A stretch of 64,000 nt of DNA from a virus, in IMG/VR virus record IMGVR_UViG_3300037782_000115, positions 43,113-107,112 of that record; one strand, given 5' to 3'. The notes beneath the pieces are model-generated. The model was given only the letters and a program-made list of their open reading frames with translations. It was not told the DNA's origin and searched no databases. The position numbers and the translations under genes were made by a program. Positions 47,099-56,539 of the stretch are shown here, piece after piece (the stretch's first letter is position 1; the number at the start of each line of letters is the position of its first letter).

Positions 47099-48511
47099 GT
47101 GCCACCAAGAAGCGTCTATAGGCCCATTGTGAAGATACGGCTCGCCGGCCTGGTCGACGATGCCGACTCTGTCATTGAGAGCGAGATCACCGATGGCAGC
47201 GTGCTGCAACGGAGCGGCAACGCCATTGTAGGAGTGAACCCGAACACCCTCTACACGACGCCGTTGTATGACGACGGCGGCCTGGAGAGCGACGGCGGCG
47301 AAATACGACTGTCTGGGGCGGCGGACCTAAGCATCGTCACCGATGACGGCGTGTTCGAGTTCGCCGGCACAGACACAGGAAACGGCGTTGAGTGTGCCTA
47401 CGCATTTGTTGGCAACGACGGGACCACGTCCGACACAGCGATCTTCGCCCAGGTCGACAACCAGGCAACGCCTGCGATCTCACAAGACGCCGACGGCCTC
47501 ACCATCATCCAGTCGGCCAGCGGGGAGACGATTCATATCATCACCAGCGGCTCCGCCGGCATCCATATCGGGCAGACCGCATCACCGATCAGCCCGACAG
47601 GAGTTGGGTCGGTGGTAATCGGCGGCAAAGACGGAACCGGCGTGATTACAGCGAGTGGTGCGTACAGCCTTGTCATCGGCGCCGCCGTGTCGACCGGCGA
47701 ACTGATCGCAGACGGCGTCTACGCGGCGTATGTGCGAGGGCTCGCCTTGGCCGGTGGTGTCATCCAGAGTTCGGGATATGGCAGCTCGGCATCCGGCTAT
47801 GCGATCCTTGGCACCTCATCGATTACTGCGTCCGGGGCGGGCTCAGACTGCGGTGGCGTCGCGGGCTCAACGGCGCCATCGACAATGGTCACCTCGGGAG
47901 CGGGATCGTTTGCCAGGGGGGCGGGGCACAGTGTCGCCGGGGATTACGGCGCCGCTGTAGGGCTATCAAACACGATCAGTGCGGCCGGCGATTCGGGGTT
48001 CGCCGCCGGTTCAGGAAACAGCGTCACAGCAGACTCGGCAGCGGCGATCGGCAAAGAGGCGTCTGCCAGGCTCCCGGGCGCTGTCGCCGAGGCGTCTGGG
48101 TCAAACGCTGCGCCTGGAGACGCCCAGGGCCTGCGCGTCAGCCTACTCGCATCGACGACCGACGCGACTCCCACAGAAATGCTGATCGACGGAAGCGACC
48201 GAATCGCCATCCTTGCAAACAGCACGGTCGTGTTTAAGATCACAGTTGTCGCACAAGAGCAGGCCGGGGGCACTGAGAGGGCTGCCTACACACTCAAGGG
48301 GGCGATATACCGAGATGTCACGGCGGCAAGCACAACGATCGGCGGCAGCGTGGATAAAACGGTCGTCTTCGAGACAACCGCCGGGTTCGATGTCTCGGCG
48401 ACGGCAGACACCACGAACGGTGCGCTGAAGATCGAGGTCACCGGGCTGGCGGCTACGGACGTGTATTGGGTCGCCAGAGTCGAACTTTCAGAGCTCGTGG
48501 CGCCCGCATAA
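47099..48511 (+). CDS. Fibre/adhesin-like structural protein
   Basis: Gly/Ala/Ser beta-roll repeats (SFARG..., AAIG); C-terminal TTDATPTE...YWVARV domain seen in phage fibres. Confidence 0.6.
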   Translation: MPPRSVYRPIVKIRLAGLVDDADSVIESEITDGSVLQRSGNAIVGVNPNTLYTTPLYDDGGLESDGGEIRLSGAADLSIVTDDGVFEFAGTDTGNGVECAYAFVGNDGTTSDTAIFAQVDNQATPAISQDADGLTIIQSASGETIHIITSGSAGIHIGQTASPISPTGVGSVVIGGKDGTGVITASGAYSLVIGAAVSTGELIADGVYAAYVRGLALAGGVIQSSGYGSSASGYAILGTSSITASGAGSDCGGVAGSTAPSTMVTSGAGSFARGAGHSVAGDYGAAVGLSNTISAAGDSGFAAGSGNSVTADSAAAIGKEASARLPGAVAEASGSNAAPGDAQGLRVSLLASTTDATPTEMLIDGSDRIAILANSTVVFKITVVAQEQAGGTERAAYTLKGAIYRDVTAASTTIGGSVDKTVVFETTAGFDVSATADTTNGALKIEVTGLAATDVYWVARVELSELVAPA

Positions 48512-48569
48512 AGCCCGACCGGGTCTCGCCGGGTTGACATAACCAGTATGGCGGCGGTATCAATTGTGC

Positions 48570-48995
48570 GTGAGACTCGGCAGCATCAACAGCGTGACCA
48601 TGATGGGCAGGATTGCCAAGGACATCGCCACGCACACGCCGGGGGTCAATCGCCAGCTACTCGCCAAGTCCAGCATCGCGGTCAACACAAGAATCAAATC
48701 ACCAGCCGGCGAGGAGCGGGTTGAGACATGCTTTCTTGAATTCGAGGCGTGGGGCGATCTTGCCAGGGCGCTGTACAACGGGTTCGAGAAGGGCGACCCA
48801 ATTGTACTGATAGGACGTCTCAAGCAGTATCAATACGAAGACAAACGAACGTCGACCACTGCGACGAAGCACGTCTTGCGCGTGGAGTCGTTCCAGAATA
48901 TCAAAGGCGCAGCCAATGAGCCGAACAACGGCGACACCGCTCCAGAAAGCTTATTTCAGATCCCAAGCGAGACTGAGGAGGAGGGCGAGGGTTGA
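48570..48995 (+). CDS. ssb: Single-stranded DNA-binding protein
   Basis: NSVTMMGRI..D, IAVN, T.F...AWGDLA, KGD...GRL; acidic tail. Confidence 0.85.
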   Translation: MRLGSINSVTMMGRIAKDIATHTPGVNRQLLAKSSIAVNTRIKSPAGEERVETCFLEFEAWGDLARALYNGFEKGDPIVLIGRLKQYQYEDKRTSTTATKHVLRVESFQNIKGAANEPNNGDTAPESLFQIPSETEEEGEG

Positions 48996-49218
48996 GGCAA
49001 GACTCGGCGGCTGGCTGGTTGGCTGGACGATAATCACGGTCGCGGCGTACGCGGTATGGGTATTCGTGGACACGGTCGAGATGTACGTGCCACTCATCGC
49101 CAGCGCCTTTCACCTCATGCTGTATCTAGCTCTCCTGCTGACGAACCTGTTGAGGCACGCAGAGAGGCAAAGGCTGCGAGAACTCGACGCTCGCATATCC
49201 GAGGGCGACAATGGATAA
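48916..49218 (+). CDS. Small two-TM membrane protein (start uncertain)
   Basis: Two hydrophobic segments; overlaps the next start. Confidence 0.4.
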   Translation: MSRTTATPLQKAYFRSQARLRRRARVEARLGGWLVGWTIITVAAYAVWVFVDTVEMYVPLIASAFHLMLYLALLLTNLLRHAERQRLRELDARISEGDNG

Positions 49219-49894
49219 CGACAGGGCGACAACCGTCTACATGAGCCCGCACAAGTTGTGTGTGCACCCAAAGAACCCGAACGAGATGACCGACGAGGTC
49301 TATGAGAAGCTGCTCCGAAACATCAAAACAACAAAGCGGATGCCTCCGATAATCGCCAGAAGCCTCGAGTTGACCGAGGACTTCATTGAAGAACGCGACG
49401 CCGGTCTGATCCAAATACTCGACGGGGCACACCGACGGCGCGTGTCGATAGATATTGAAGAGGAAGAGGTCGAGGTCCGCGTGTGGTCCGGTGTGACTGA
49501 TGTCCAGGCGTACCGGTATCTGTTGACACTCAACCACGGCGGCAAGGACAACCGAAAGAAGAGACACGAGCTTATCACCAGCTTGCTCGGTGTCGAGAAC
49601 GATCCGAGCACTCTCGCCTTGACACTGCCTGAAACAGAAGCACAGATCGACGCGATTATCAGCGAGACCAATCGCGAGGACATCGAGGACGCTAGTGAGA
49701 GGGCCAGGGAGATCACCGAGCGAGAGCCGGTTACTTTCTTCATGCTGAAACACCAGTCTGCCACGCTGCGAAAGGCGATCAAGGCGGCGATGGCGTCGAT
49801 GGACAGCGAGCACCAGGAGGTAGACTGTGAAGAAGGTGAGGCGCTTATGCGTATCGCCGGCGTCTATTTGGAGAGCACCGGAGACGATAGTTGA
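49211..49894 (+). CDS. ParB/Srx N-terminal-domain protein
   Basis: HPKNPN..., L..NIK...PII, ILDGAHR. Confidence 0.8.
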   Translation: MDNDRATTVYMSPHKLCVHPKNPNEMTDEVYEKLLRNIKTTKRMPPIIARSLELTEDFIEERDAGLIQILDGAHRRRVSIDIEEEEVEVRVWSGVTDVQAYRYLLTLNHGGKDNRKKRHELITSLLGVENDPSTLALTLPETEAQIDAIISETNREDIEDASERAREITEREPVTFFMLKHQSATLRKAIKAAMASMDSEHQEVDCEEGEALMRIAGVYLESTGDDS

Positions 49895-50661
49895 CCGACA
49901 GCCTGCTGAACATCGAAGATGATACGGAGCAGCAGCGGGAGAAGTCCGCGCTTACCGATCGGGAGTGGTCGCTAATCAATAGCCTGAGCGAAGTCTGCAT
50001 GATTCTCGCACAGGAGCCGACGATCGACAAGGCGATCGAGTCGGTCGAAGACGCGCTTGTGGTGTCGACTGCGGAGGCCCGCCGATGGATCGCCAAGGCC
50101 CAGGAGTACATGGCGACCGGCTGTGTGAACAATGTGGCACAAGCCAAGCAAATGTATCAGCTTAGGCTCGAGCACATCTACAGCGTGGCAATCAAAAACG
50201 CCGTCACAGACGACATTGAGGTCACGCAGAAGCCGGTCAAGATCGTTGACGACACGGCGGCTGGCGCAGGAAAGACCAAAGTCGTCTACCAGTCGATCAC
50301 GAAGGTGAAAAAGAACACTCTCAACCCGGCAGCCCTATCGATCGCATTCAAGGTGCTTCGAGAGCAGGCCAGCCTCAATGGCCTGCGTCCAAAGGAGTCC
50401 CGCGGCCCGGTGCCAAGCGGCAACGTCAACGTCCAGATTAACCTCGGCGAAGAATCGGCAAGGGTGGTATCGATGTCCACCCAGGACCTGGCAAGCATGG
50501 TCGGCGCGGAGTACGTGGCAAACGAGGCACCAGGAGATGGCCAAGAACCCAGACCAGAAATACTTCCGAACGCCACTGGAGAAGAAGAAGGCACCAAAGC
50601 CGCTGAGCAAGGTGGGGAAGACCCAGAGACTCCAGATAGGTCGGGCGATGGCGCAGGCTGA
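49891..50661 (+). CDS. Putative terminase small subunit
   Basis: Helical protein immediately upstream of the large subunit; NVNVQIN tail. Confidence 0.55.
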   Translation: MTDSLLNIEDDTEQQREKSALTDREWSLINSLSEVCMILAQEPTIDKAIESVEDALVVSTAEARRWIAKAQEYMATGCVNNVAQAKQMYQLRLEHIYSVAIKNAVTDDIEVTQKPVKIVDDTAAGAGKTKVVYQSITKVKKNTLNPAALSIAFKVLREQASLNGLRPKESRGPVPSGNVNVQINLGEESARVVSMSTQDLASMVGAEYVANEAPGDGQEPRPEILPNATGEEEGTKAAEQGGEDPETPDRSGDGAG

Positions 50662-52540
50662 GGAAGAGGTCAGCACGCCGGCCGGCAGCGAGATGGTCAC
50701 CATTCAGATCAAGGGTGCCGACGGCAAGCCGGTCCGGGTCAAGATGCAGCGCCGCGAGCTCGTGCGCAGGGCGATGTCGACCCGTGTCGCGGAGCAGACG
50801 ATCTATCTGGCCAAGCACGTCCACATCACAGAGAAGGGCAAGGGGATCAAGCTCGACGCGCAGTGGGCCAGGATCTACGCCGACCCGTCGACCGATATGC
50901 GCATCATCTCGCCCGCCCAGCGAGGGAAGACGACCTACCAGGTTGTCAAGACCATGGCCCAGCTCTCACTCGGCATGTCCGTCGGCTGGGTCATGCCCAA
51001 ATACAACAAGATCCAGGAGTTGGTCAACGGCAAGATTAACCCGACCATCAGAAACACGCCGTTCTACGCGGAAATGCAGCGGGACTCGAGTGGTGTCGAT
51101 CAGATTCAGTTCAAGACATTCGGCAAGTACGGCAGGCTCTATCTTGTGACCGCGAACTCAGAGGATGATCTGACCTCGTTCTCGGCCGATGCGATGCACG
51201 TCGACGAGAGAGACTTCTGCGACAGAAACCTATTGCCGATGTATACGTCGCGCATGAACGCGAGTGACTACAGGCTCGCCGACGAGATCTCGACACCAAC
51301 CGTTCCCGGGGCCGAGCACATTCGGGGCCAGCGTGGCAACGACAACATCCATACCGAATTCCTCTGCGGCGATCAGCACAGATATTGGTCGAGGTGCCCC
51401 TATTGCCAGACCGAGCAAATCCTCGATTGGTATGAAAACGTGGTCAAGATCGAGACCGACGACTCGGGCCGGATCATCGATTTCGGCGTAAGGGACCAGG
51501 ACTGGTCTCCGGGGGCGCAGAACGACGCCCGCGTGTGCTGCAAGAGTTGCGAGCGGCCGTTTGACCGTCTCCGGGAGGGCAGGTGGATCGCGCACAAGCC
51601 GGGAAGGCGGGTGCGAAGCTATTGGGTCGAGGCCCTGGCAACAGAGGTGGGCCCCAGCATAAGCGAGATGGTCGACCGATTCGGCAAGGCTCTTGGCAAC
51701 CCCTCGAAGATGCAGCAGTTCCACAACATGGACCTGGGGCGGCCCTATGCGGGTGGCATGCTCGCATTCACAAGAGACATGTTCATCAGGTGCTCCGAGA
51801 ATTCGCACTGGATGATGACAAGCTCAGACGGGCCGTGCACGATCGGCATCGATGTCAACATGCCGTGGCTAGACATCCAGATCAGCCGGTGGAAGGCCGG
51901 CAGGCAGATCAAGGCGTGGGCGGGCCGGATCCAGGGTGACGAGACCCAGATTCTCGCCCTCTGCAAGAAGTTTGGCGTGGTGGGCGGCATCATCGACAAT
52001 CAGCCCGAGGCGAGGTTTGCCACCAAGACGCAGGAACTGCTTAGGGAGAACGGCATTTCGCTCGTGAGGTGCAAGTACGCCTCCAGCGACCAGCTGCGGA
52101 TGGTGGTGGTGTCGGTTCCTGGTGAGAACCCAGCGATCGACCCGCCGCGTCTAATCACAGTGAACAGAACGAACGCCATCGATGACCTCTTCGAGTCCAT
52201 GCTGAAAAAGGACGTGGTATGGTTCCGTGATTGGGAGAACACGCTCGACGGCGCGATGGTGCAGGAGTTCCTTGTCCCACAAAGGAAGCTACTTACCAGC
52301 GATGCCGGCAACGACCGGTATTCATGGGAGGGCAAGCCGGACCACCAGATGCACGCGGCGGTGTACGACCTGCTGGCCGGCAGCGTGCTTGAGATGGGCG
52401 TGGTCCGCGACTATTCGGGCGTTATGCCCGTAGTGGGAAGGCAACTAAGTGGTGGCGGCAGTATCATGCCGAAGGAGCCCGTCAACGAGAAGGGCAAGAA
52501 TGTCCAGAAGAGCGACTCGGTGATGATCTTTAGGGGTTAA
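50648..52540 (+). CDS. terL: Terminase large subunit (lambda GpA-like); alternative start at 50537
   Basis: PAQRGKT Walker A, HVDE Walker B, ISTPT, GDQH.Y..CP.C, F.N..LG.PY, IGID, DHQMHA. Confidence 0.88.
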   Translation: MAQAEEEVSTPAGSEMVTIQIKGADGKPVRVKMQRRELVRRAMSTRVAEQTIYLAKHVHITEKGKGIKLDAQWARIYADPSTDMRIISPAQRGKTTYQVVKTMAQLSLGMSVGWVMPKYNKIQELVNGKINPTIRNTPFYAEMQRDSSGVDQIQFKTFGKYGRLYLVTANSEDDLTSFSADAMHVDERDFCDRNLLPMYTSRMNASDYRLADEISTPTVPGAEHIRGQRGNDNIHTEFLCGDQHRYWSRCPYCQTEQILDWYENVVKIETDDSGRIIDFGVRDQDWSPGAQNDARVCCKSCERPFDRLREGRWIAHKPGRRVRSYWVEALATEVGPSISEMVDRFGKALGNPSKMQQFHNMDLGRPYAGGMLAFTRDMFIRCSENSHWMMTSSDGPCTIGIDVNMPWLDIQISRWKAGRQIKAWAGRIQGDETQILALCKKFGVVGGIIDNQPEARFATKTQELLRENGISLVRCKYASSDQLRMVVVSVPGENPAIDPPRLITVNRTNAIDDLFESMLKKDVVWFRDWENTLDGAMVQEFLVPQRKLLTSDAGNDRYSWEGKPDHQMHAAVYDLLAGSVLEMGVVRDYSGVMPVVGRQLSGGGSIMPKEPVNEKGKNVQKSDSVMIFRG

Positions 52541-52542
52541 AA

Positions 52543-54252
52543 ATGGCTGGCATATTGAGTTTTTCAGGGATCGCACAGATCACCCGCCAAATGGGTGACA
52601 CGATTGCCTCTCGCCCTGGGATGCTGGTCGAAGCCAACCCAAGAATCATCAAGGAGGGCGAACCGGCTGGGACCGGCTTCGGCGGCGACCAGTTCTATCG
52701 AAAGTGGCTCGACTCGACCCGGGTGCCCGGCAAACGCGTCAACGAGATGAAGTATTACGACGCGCTCGAGACCGAGATCCCGGACGTCCGTAAAGCCCTC
52801 GACGCGTTCGCGACGATGGCGGTGACCGGGAACCTCGCCGGCGGCGGGCGATCTGGATACTCGATCCGACCAACACTCGAGGAATCGCATTACCCCGACG
52901 AGATCAAAGACAGGTTCACGCGCCTCGAGCTGCTGATGCGCAATGTCGGTTGGACATGCATCCGCGAGATGGTGAAGTACGGCTCCTACACGCCGGCGGT
53001 TGTTCCAGGCAGGATGAGCGACAACCGGATGGGCGTGAGCAAGATCAAGGCCATTCCCCCGGGGACCATGTTCCGCCACATCACCAGCGACGGCGGGGAC
53101 GACCCGACCAAATACTGGTATCAGAAGTTGGACGGCGAGTACGCCAACCACAACATCGGAGCTTCGCGAGAGGTCGACAAGAAGACCATCCCCCAATGGC
53201 TGGTGCCGCACTTTGCGGTGTGGTCCAACGTGGTCGATGCGACCAGCACGCGGCTCTATGGCACATCGCTTTTGCAGCCATTCGGCGCCATCGGACTCAA
53301 ACTCCACGGCACACTCGACTCAGTCGTGCTCGCAAGGCTCAGCAGGGCCGCGATGCGATACGTGTGGAAGGTCGACGTCACAGATATCAAGTCGAACCAG
53401 GGTGCGATCCAGAGCCGGCTCAACGCGTGGAGAAACACGATGAGCCGGGGCCAGACCTTCGGCGGCTCTCCTGCGCAGTCCGACGCCTACACAAGACCAT
53501 CGACGATCGAGGACGACATCTTCGTACCGTCGGCGGACGGCCTGGCCTACGGCGTCGACACTGTCGACGGCGATACAAACCTGTCGAGGGTGCAGGACAT
53601 CGAGATGTTGACCAGGTTCTATTTCGGCGCACTTGGCGTGCCCGCACAGTATCTCGGTCACGAGTCGTCTCAGGGCGGCCGATCGAACATGAGCCAGATC
53701 GACATCAACTTTGCCAGAACGTGCAGGCACATCCAGATGTTCGGCGCCGCCGGCTTCGCCCACATCGTCCTTGTTGATCTCATGCTCGGCGGCTACGACC
53801 CAGACAAATTCCCGTTCGAGATCGTGCCGCCCCGGATCGGGGCCAGAGACGACCTGCTCCAGGCACAGATCATGATGATCCAGAGCACAGTGATTTCCAA
53901 CCTTCGCGCCGCCGGCATGAACATGGAGATCAACCCCAAATGGGTACTTCGCACATTCCTGAACCTCGACGAGGAGTTGGAAGAGCTCGGCGATGGAGAG
54001 ATCGACGAACTCTTCCAGAACGCCGGCATTGAGGACCCGGGCAAGGACGAGCCATCGAAGCCCGACAGGAGGGCTATCGAGGCCGTGATCCAGAAAACCA
54101 GGGACACGATGCCCGAGGAAGTGTTGCAGAACATAAACCTTCTGGCGACCGGAAGAGACTCATTTGTTGAGCAGGGAATCGGCTTCCAGTCCACGTCGCT
54201 CAGTGATCTTGTGACCTCGTACAAGCTCACCAGCATAACGAACGGGCGGTAG
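52543..54252 (+). CDS. Portal protein (T4 gp20-like)
   Basis: Follows TerL; YGTSLL, RLSRA..R.V.KVDV, EDDIFVP, DIE.....FGALGVP..YLG, DINFAR. Confidence 0.85.
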   Translation: MAGILSFSGIAQITRQMGDTIASRPGMLVEANPRIIKEGEPAGTGFGGDQFYRKWLDSTRVPGKRVNEMKYYDALETEIPDVRKALDAFATMAVTGNLAGGGRSGYSIRPTLEESHYPDEIKDRFTRLELLMRNVGWTCIREMVKYGSYTPAVVPGRMSDNRMGVSKIKAIPPGTMFRHITSDGGDDPTKYWYQKLDGEYANHNIGASREVDKKTIPQWLVPHFAVWSNVVDATSTRLYGTSLLQPFGAIGLKLHGTLDSVVLARLSRAAMRYVWKVDVTDIKSNQGAIQSRLNAWRNTMSRGQTFGGSPAQSDAYTRPSTIEDDIFVPSADGLAYGVDTVDGDTNLSRVQDIEMLTRFYFGALGVPAQYLGHESSQGGRSNMSQIDINFARTCRHIQMFGAAGFAHIVLVDLMLGGYDPDKFPFEIVPPRIGARDDLLQAQIMMIQSTVISNLRAAGMNMEINPKWVLRTFLNLDEELEELGDGEIDELFQNAGIEDPGKDEPSKPDRRAIEAVIQKTRDTMPEEVLQNINLLATGRDSFVEQGIGFQSTSLSDLVTSYKLTSITNGR

Positions 54253-54255
54253 GCG

Positions 54256-55377
54256 ATGGCCGGCAACAAACCCTTGCGGCGAACACCAGACGCTCATCAG
54301 CAGAGGATCGACGCGGCCCACCGGACCATGCCAGACTCGGTCGGCCGTCGCGAGATCGCCCGACTTGTGAGCAGGCTCGAAAAGCGTCACGTTGAGACCT
54401 TGTTCAAGATCCGCAAAGACTATGTCGACCAGAATGTGGGCGGCACGCAAACCAAGATCGACGTCGTGGCCCACATGGCCGAGGTGGCCCGGATCGCGAT
54501 GAGCCTCGGATACACAGCGGCCGGCACACCAAGGTGGGTCGAGACGGCTTCCCAGAAACGAGAGAGGATGTCGCTGGCCGAGACGGAGGCGAAATACTTC
54601 CTCTCCCTGCTTCTGGTCAAAGAAGCAATGGACCCAGCCAGGCGGATCCCGATGTATGGCGGGTTTGCGTGGTCCGGGTTCTGGCGAGGCTTCGCCTCAA
54701 ACATGCCGACTGGATCGGTCATCCACTGGAGGCTCGGAATCGCGGAGCACTGCCGTGACTGTCTGAATCTGGCGTCGAAGAGCCCGTACACAAAGCCTGG
54801 CCCGCGAAAGGGGGCGTTGCCGACCGTGCCACGCAACGGCGACACGCGATGCCTCAACAACTGCCGGTGTCGCCTTGTGGTCAATGGTGCGATAGCCGCG
54901 GGCCTCTTCAACGAGATAGGGGTCGAGGTCATCGCGATCGGAATGCTTGCGGTGGACCCGACATCGCCGGCGGCACAGGCATCAGCTTCGGTGTACCAGA
55001 GCTACGCCGATCTTTACGCGTACCAGACGAGGAGGGCCCACATCGAGGGCGGGGCGTGGGCAGGTGCGGCCGCGGCCACGCACCAGAGAATGCTTGCCAC
55101 CGGCAAATCGATGGGCCAGACGATCAGGATGGCGGCCAGTGATCAGGAGATCATCGAAGACGTCTCGGTTGCAGTCGAGCGAGGATACCGGCCTCTATTC
55201 GCTGTAAACGCGTCTGACGAGATCATTGGTGCTGCTGCGGTAGTTGTGGCGGCAGACTCTTTGGTCCGCGGTACGATCGCCCAGGTACACGACGGGTACA
55301 TCGTGCTCGACGGGGACGAGTCGGAGCAGTACCATATAGGCGAGCGCACGGGAACGATTCTTTTTCTGGAGCCCTAA
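54256..55377 (+). CDS. Minor head / morphogenesis protein (Mu gpF-like)
   Basis: W.LG.AEHC.DC..LA...PY...P.P..G.T.C..NCRC.L. Confidence 0.65.
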   Translation: MAGNKPLRRTPDAHQQRIDAAHRTMPDSVGRREIARLVSRLEKRHVETLFKIRKDYVDQNVGGTQTKIDVVAHMAEVARIAMSLGYTAAGTPRWVETASQKRERMSLAETEAKYFLSLLLVKEAMDPARRIPMYGGFAWSGFWRGFASNMPTGSVIHWRLGIAEHCRDCLNLASKSPYTKPGPRKGALPTVPRNGDTRCLNNCRCRLVVNGAIAAGLFNEIGVEVIAIGMLAVDPTSPAAQASASVYQSYADLYAYQTRRAHIEGGAWAGAAAATHQRMLATGKSMGQTIRMAASDQEIIEDVSVAVERGYRPLFAVNASDEIIGAAAVVVAADSLVRGTIAQVHDGYIVLDGDESEQYHIGERTGTILFLEP

Positions 55378-55554
55378 ATGAAACGTCGCACAAGCATCAT
55401 GTTGGTCATCGCGTCTCTCGTCACAGCATCATCGGTTGGGTGCGCACACTACAACAAGAAGACCAAGAGCGGGACGAGCAGGTATTACCACCGTGGGGGC
55501 CACGTCATCACGGTCGAGATCGAACGCAATCCGTACTCAAGATACACGTATTGA
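55378..55554 (+). CDS. Small lipoprotein (58 aa)
   Basis: MKRR plus a hydrophobic stretch plus SVGC lipobox; not in the supplied ORF list. Confidence 0.45.
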   Translation: MKRRTSIMLVIASLVTASSVGCAHYNKKTKSGTSRYYHRGGHVITVEIERNPYSRYTY

Positions 55555-55584
55555 GATTCCTTGGGGGCATCAAGGAAACCAGGC

Positions 55585-55872
55585 ATGAACCTTCAGCAAA
55601 TCATCGCGAACTTCACGAAATCGCCCAAGACCACGTTCGGCGGGGTCCTGATCGGCCTCATGATTCTGATCCCACAGATCGGAAACTTCACCGGCCATCC
55701 TCTCCCGCAAATGGATCCACATGGCGAGGTCGTCAGGGACGAGAACGGCGACGTGGTAATGAACGAGCCGTCCGAGGTGAACTGGCCCAGCGTCGTGCTG
55801 GGGCTCGGCTTCATCTGGCTCGGGTCACAGGCCAGAGATAACGACAAGCCCAGCGAGAAGGCGATTCGATAA
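55585..55872 (+). CDS. Holin-like two-TM protein
   Basis: KSPKTT.GG + TM ... TM + ARDN; AAGGA RBS. Confidence 0.5.
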   Translation: MNLQQIIANFTKSPKTTFGGVLIGLMILIPQIGNFTGHPLPQMDPHGEVVRDENGDVVMNEPSEVNWPSVVLGLGFIWLGSQARDNDKPSEKAIR

Positions 55873-55907
55873 TCGCGGCCGCTGGGCGCACACACGAAGG
55901 GAAGCAC

Positions 55908-56435
55908 ATGCAACCAAGCAGAATCGTTACCCTGATCGCACTTGCAGCCGTAGCCGCGATTGCCGGCTGCAACTCGATCAGTGAGCAGAGACAGTGGCAG
56001 TTGTCGAGCACGTCCTACCAGACTGCGACTGCGGCCGTCACGAACGCCAGCGCGTTCGATCTGATCTCGCTCGAGGACCTCGAGAGGTTCGCGATCGTCG
56101 AGGGCCAGGCTTATCAGCTGCTCGATGAGTGGCGCATGGCGATTATCGCCGGGGAGCCCTTCGGGGCAAAGCAGGCATTAAGCCGGCTGCTCGACACATT
56201 GATCTTGTATCAAATGCAATCGCAGAAAAGTAGGACCAATGGCGGCGATAACAATAGCGGAAGCTCTGATTCTGGCCAAGACGGCCGTGGAGGTGGGCTC
56301 GAAGCTCATCGACGCGATCTCGGAGGCTCAACAGAACGGTCAGACGGAACTGAGCGACAAACAGATCGAACAGATCGGCAAGGACACCGATCAGGTGCAC
56401 GCGGGGTTCCTCGCGGAACTGCGCAGGCGGCGTGA
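55908..56435 (+). CDS. Lipoprotein, possibly a lysis/spanin component
   Basis: Signal peptide ending in IAGC. Confidence 0.55.
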   Translation: MQPSRIVTLIALAAVAAIAGCNSISEQRQWQLSSTSYQTATAAVTNASAFDLISLEDLERFAIVEGQAYQLLDEWRMAIIAGEPFGAKQALSRLLDTLILYQMQSQKSRTNGGDNNSGSSDSGQDGRGGGLEAHRRDLGGSTERSDGTERQTDRTDRQGHRSGARGVPRGTAQAA

Positions 56436-56463
56436 GCAGGCCAAGGAATCGGGCACCGGCTAA
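56239..56463 (+). CDS. Small helical protein overlapping the lipoprotein gene
   Basis: AGGA RBS; amphipathic N-terminus. Confidence 0.55.
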   Translation: MAAITIAEALILAKTAVEVGSKLIDAISEAQQNGQTELSDKQIEQIGKDTDQVHAGFLAELRRRREQAKESGTG

Positions 56464-56469
56464 ACACCG

Positions 56470-56502
56470 AACCGTCCCGGTAAGCCGGGGCGGTTTGTTT
56501 TT
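56470..56502 (+). terminator. Intrinsic terminator
   Basis: AACCGTCCCGG-TAAG-CCGGGGCGGTT followed by TGTTTTT. Confidence 0.75.
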
Positions 56503-56526
56503 GTAATCGCAACTATCGAGCGCTGG

Positions 56527-56534
56527 CGTCTAAT
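56527..56534 (+). promoter_or_regulatory. CGTCTAAT motif (candidate late promoter, leaderless)
   Basis: 5 nt before the protease ATG; no SD. Confidence 0.55.
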
Positions 56535-56539
56535 AGCTC

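Noticed and set aside
48534-48563. Sigma70 promoter before ssb
   Set aside because: TTGACA is present but there is no convincing -10 at 16-18 nt spacing
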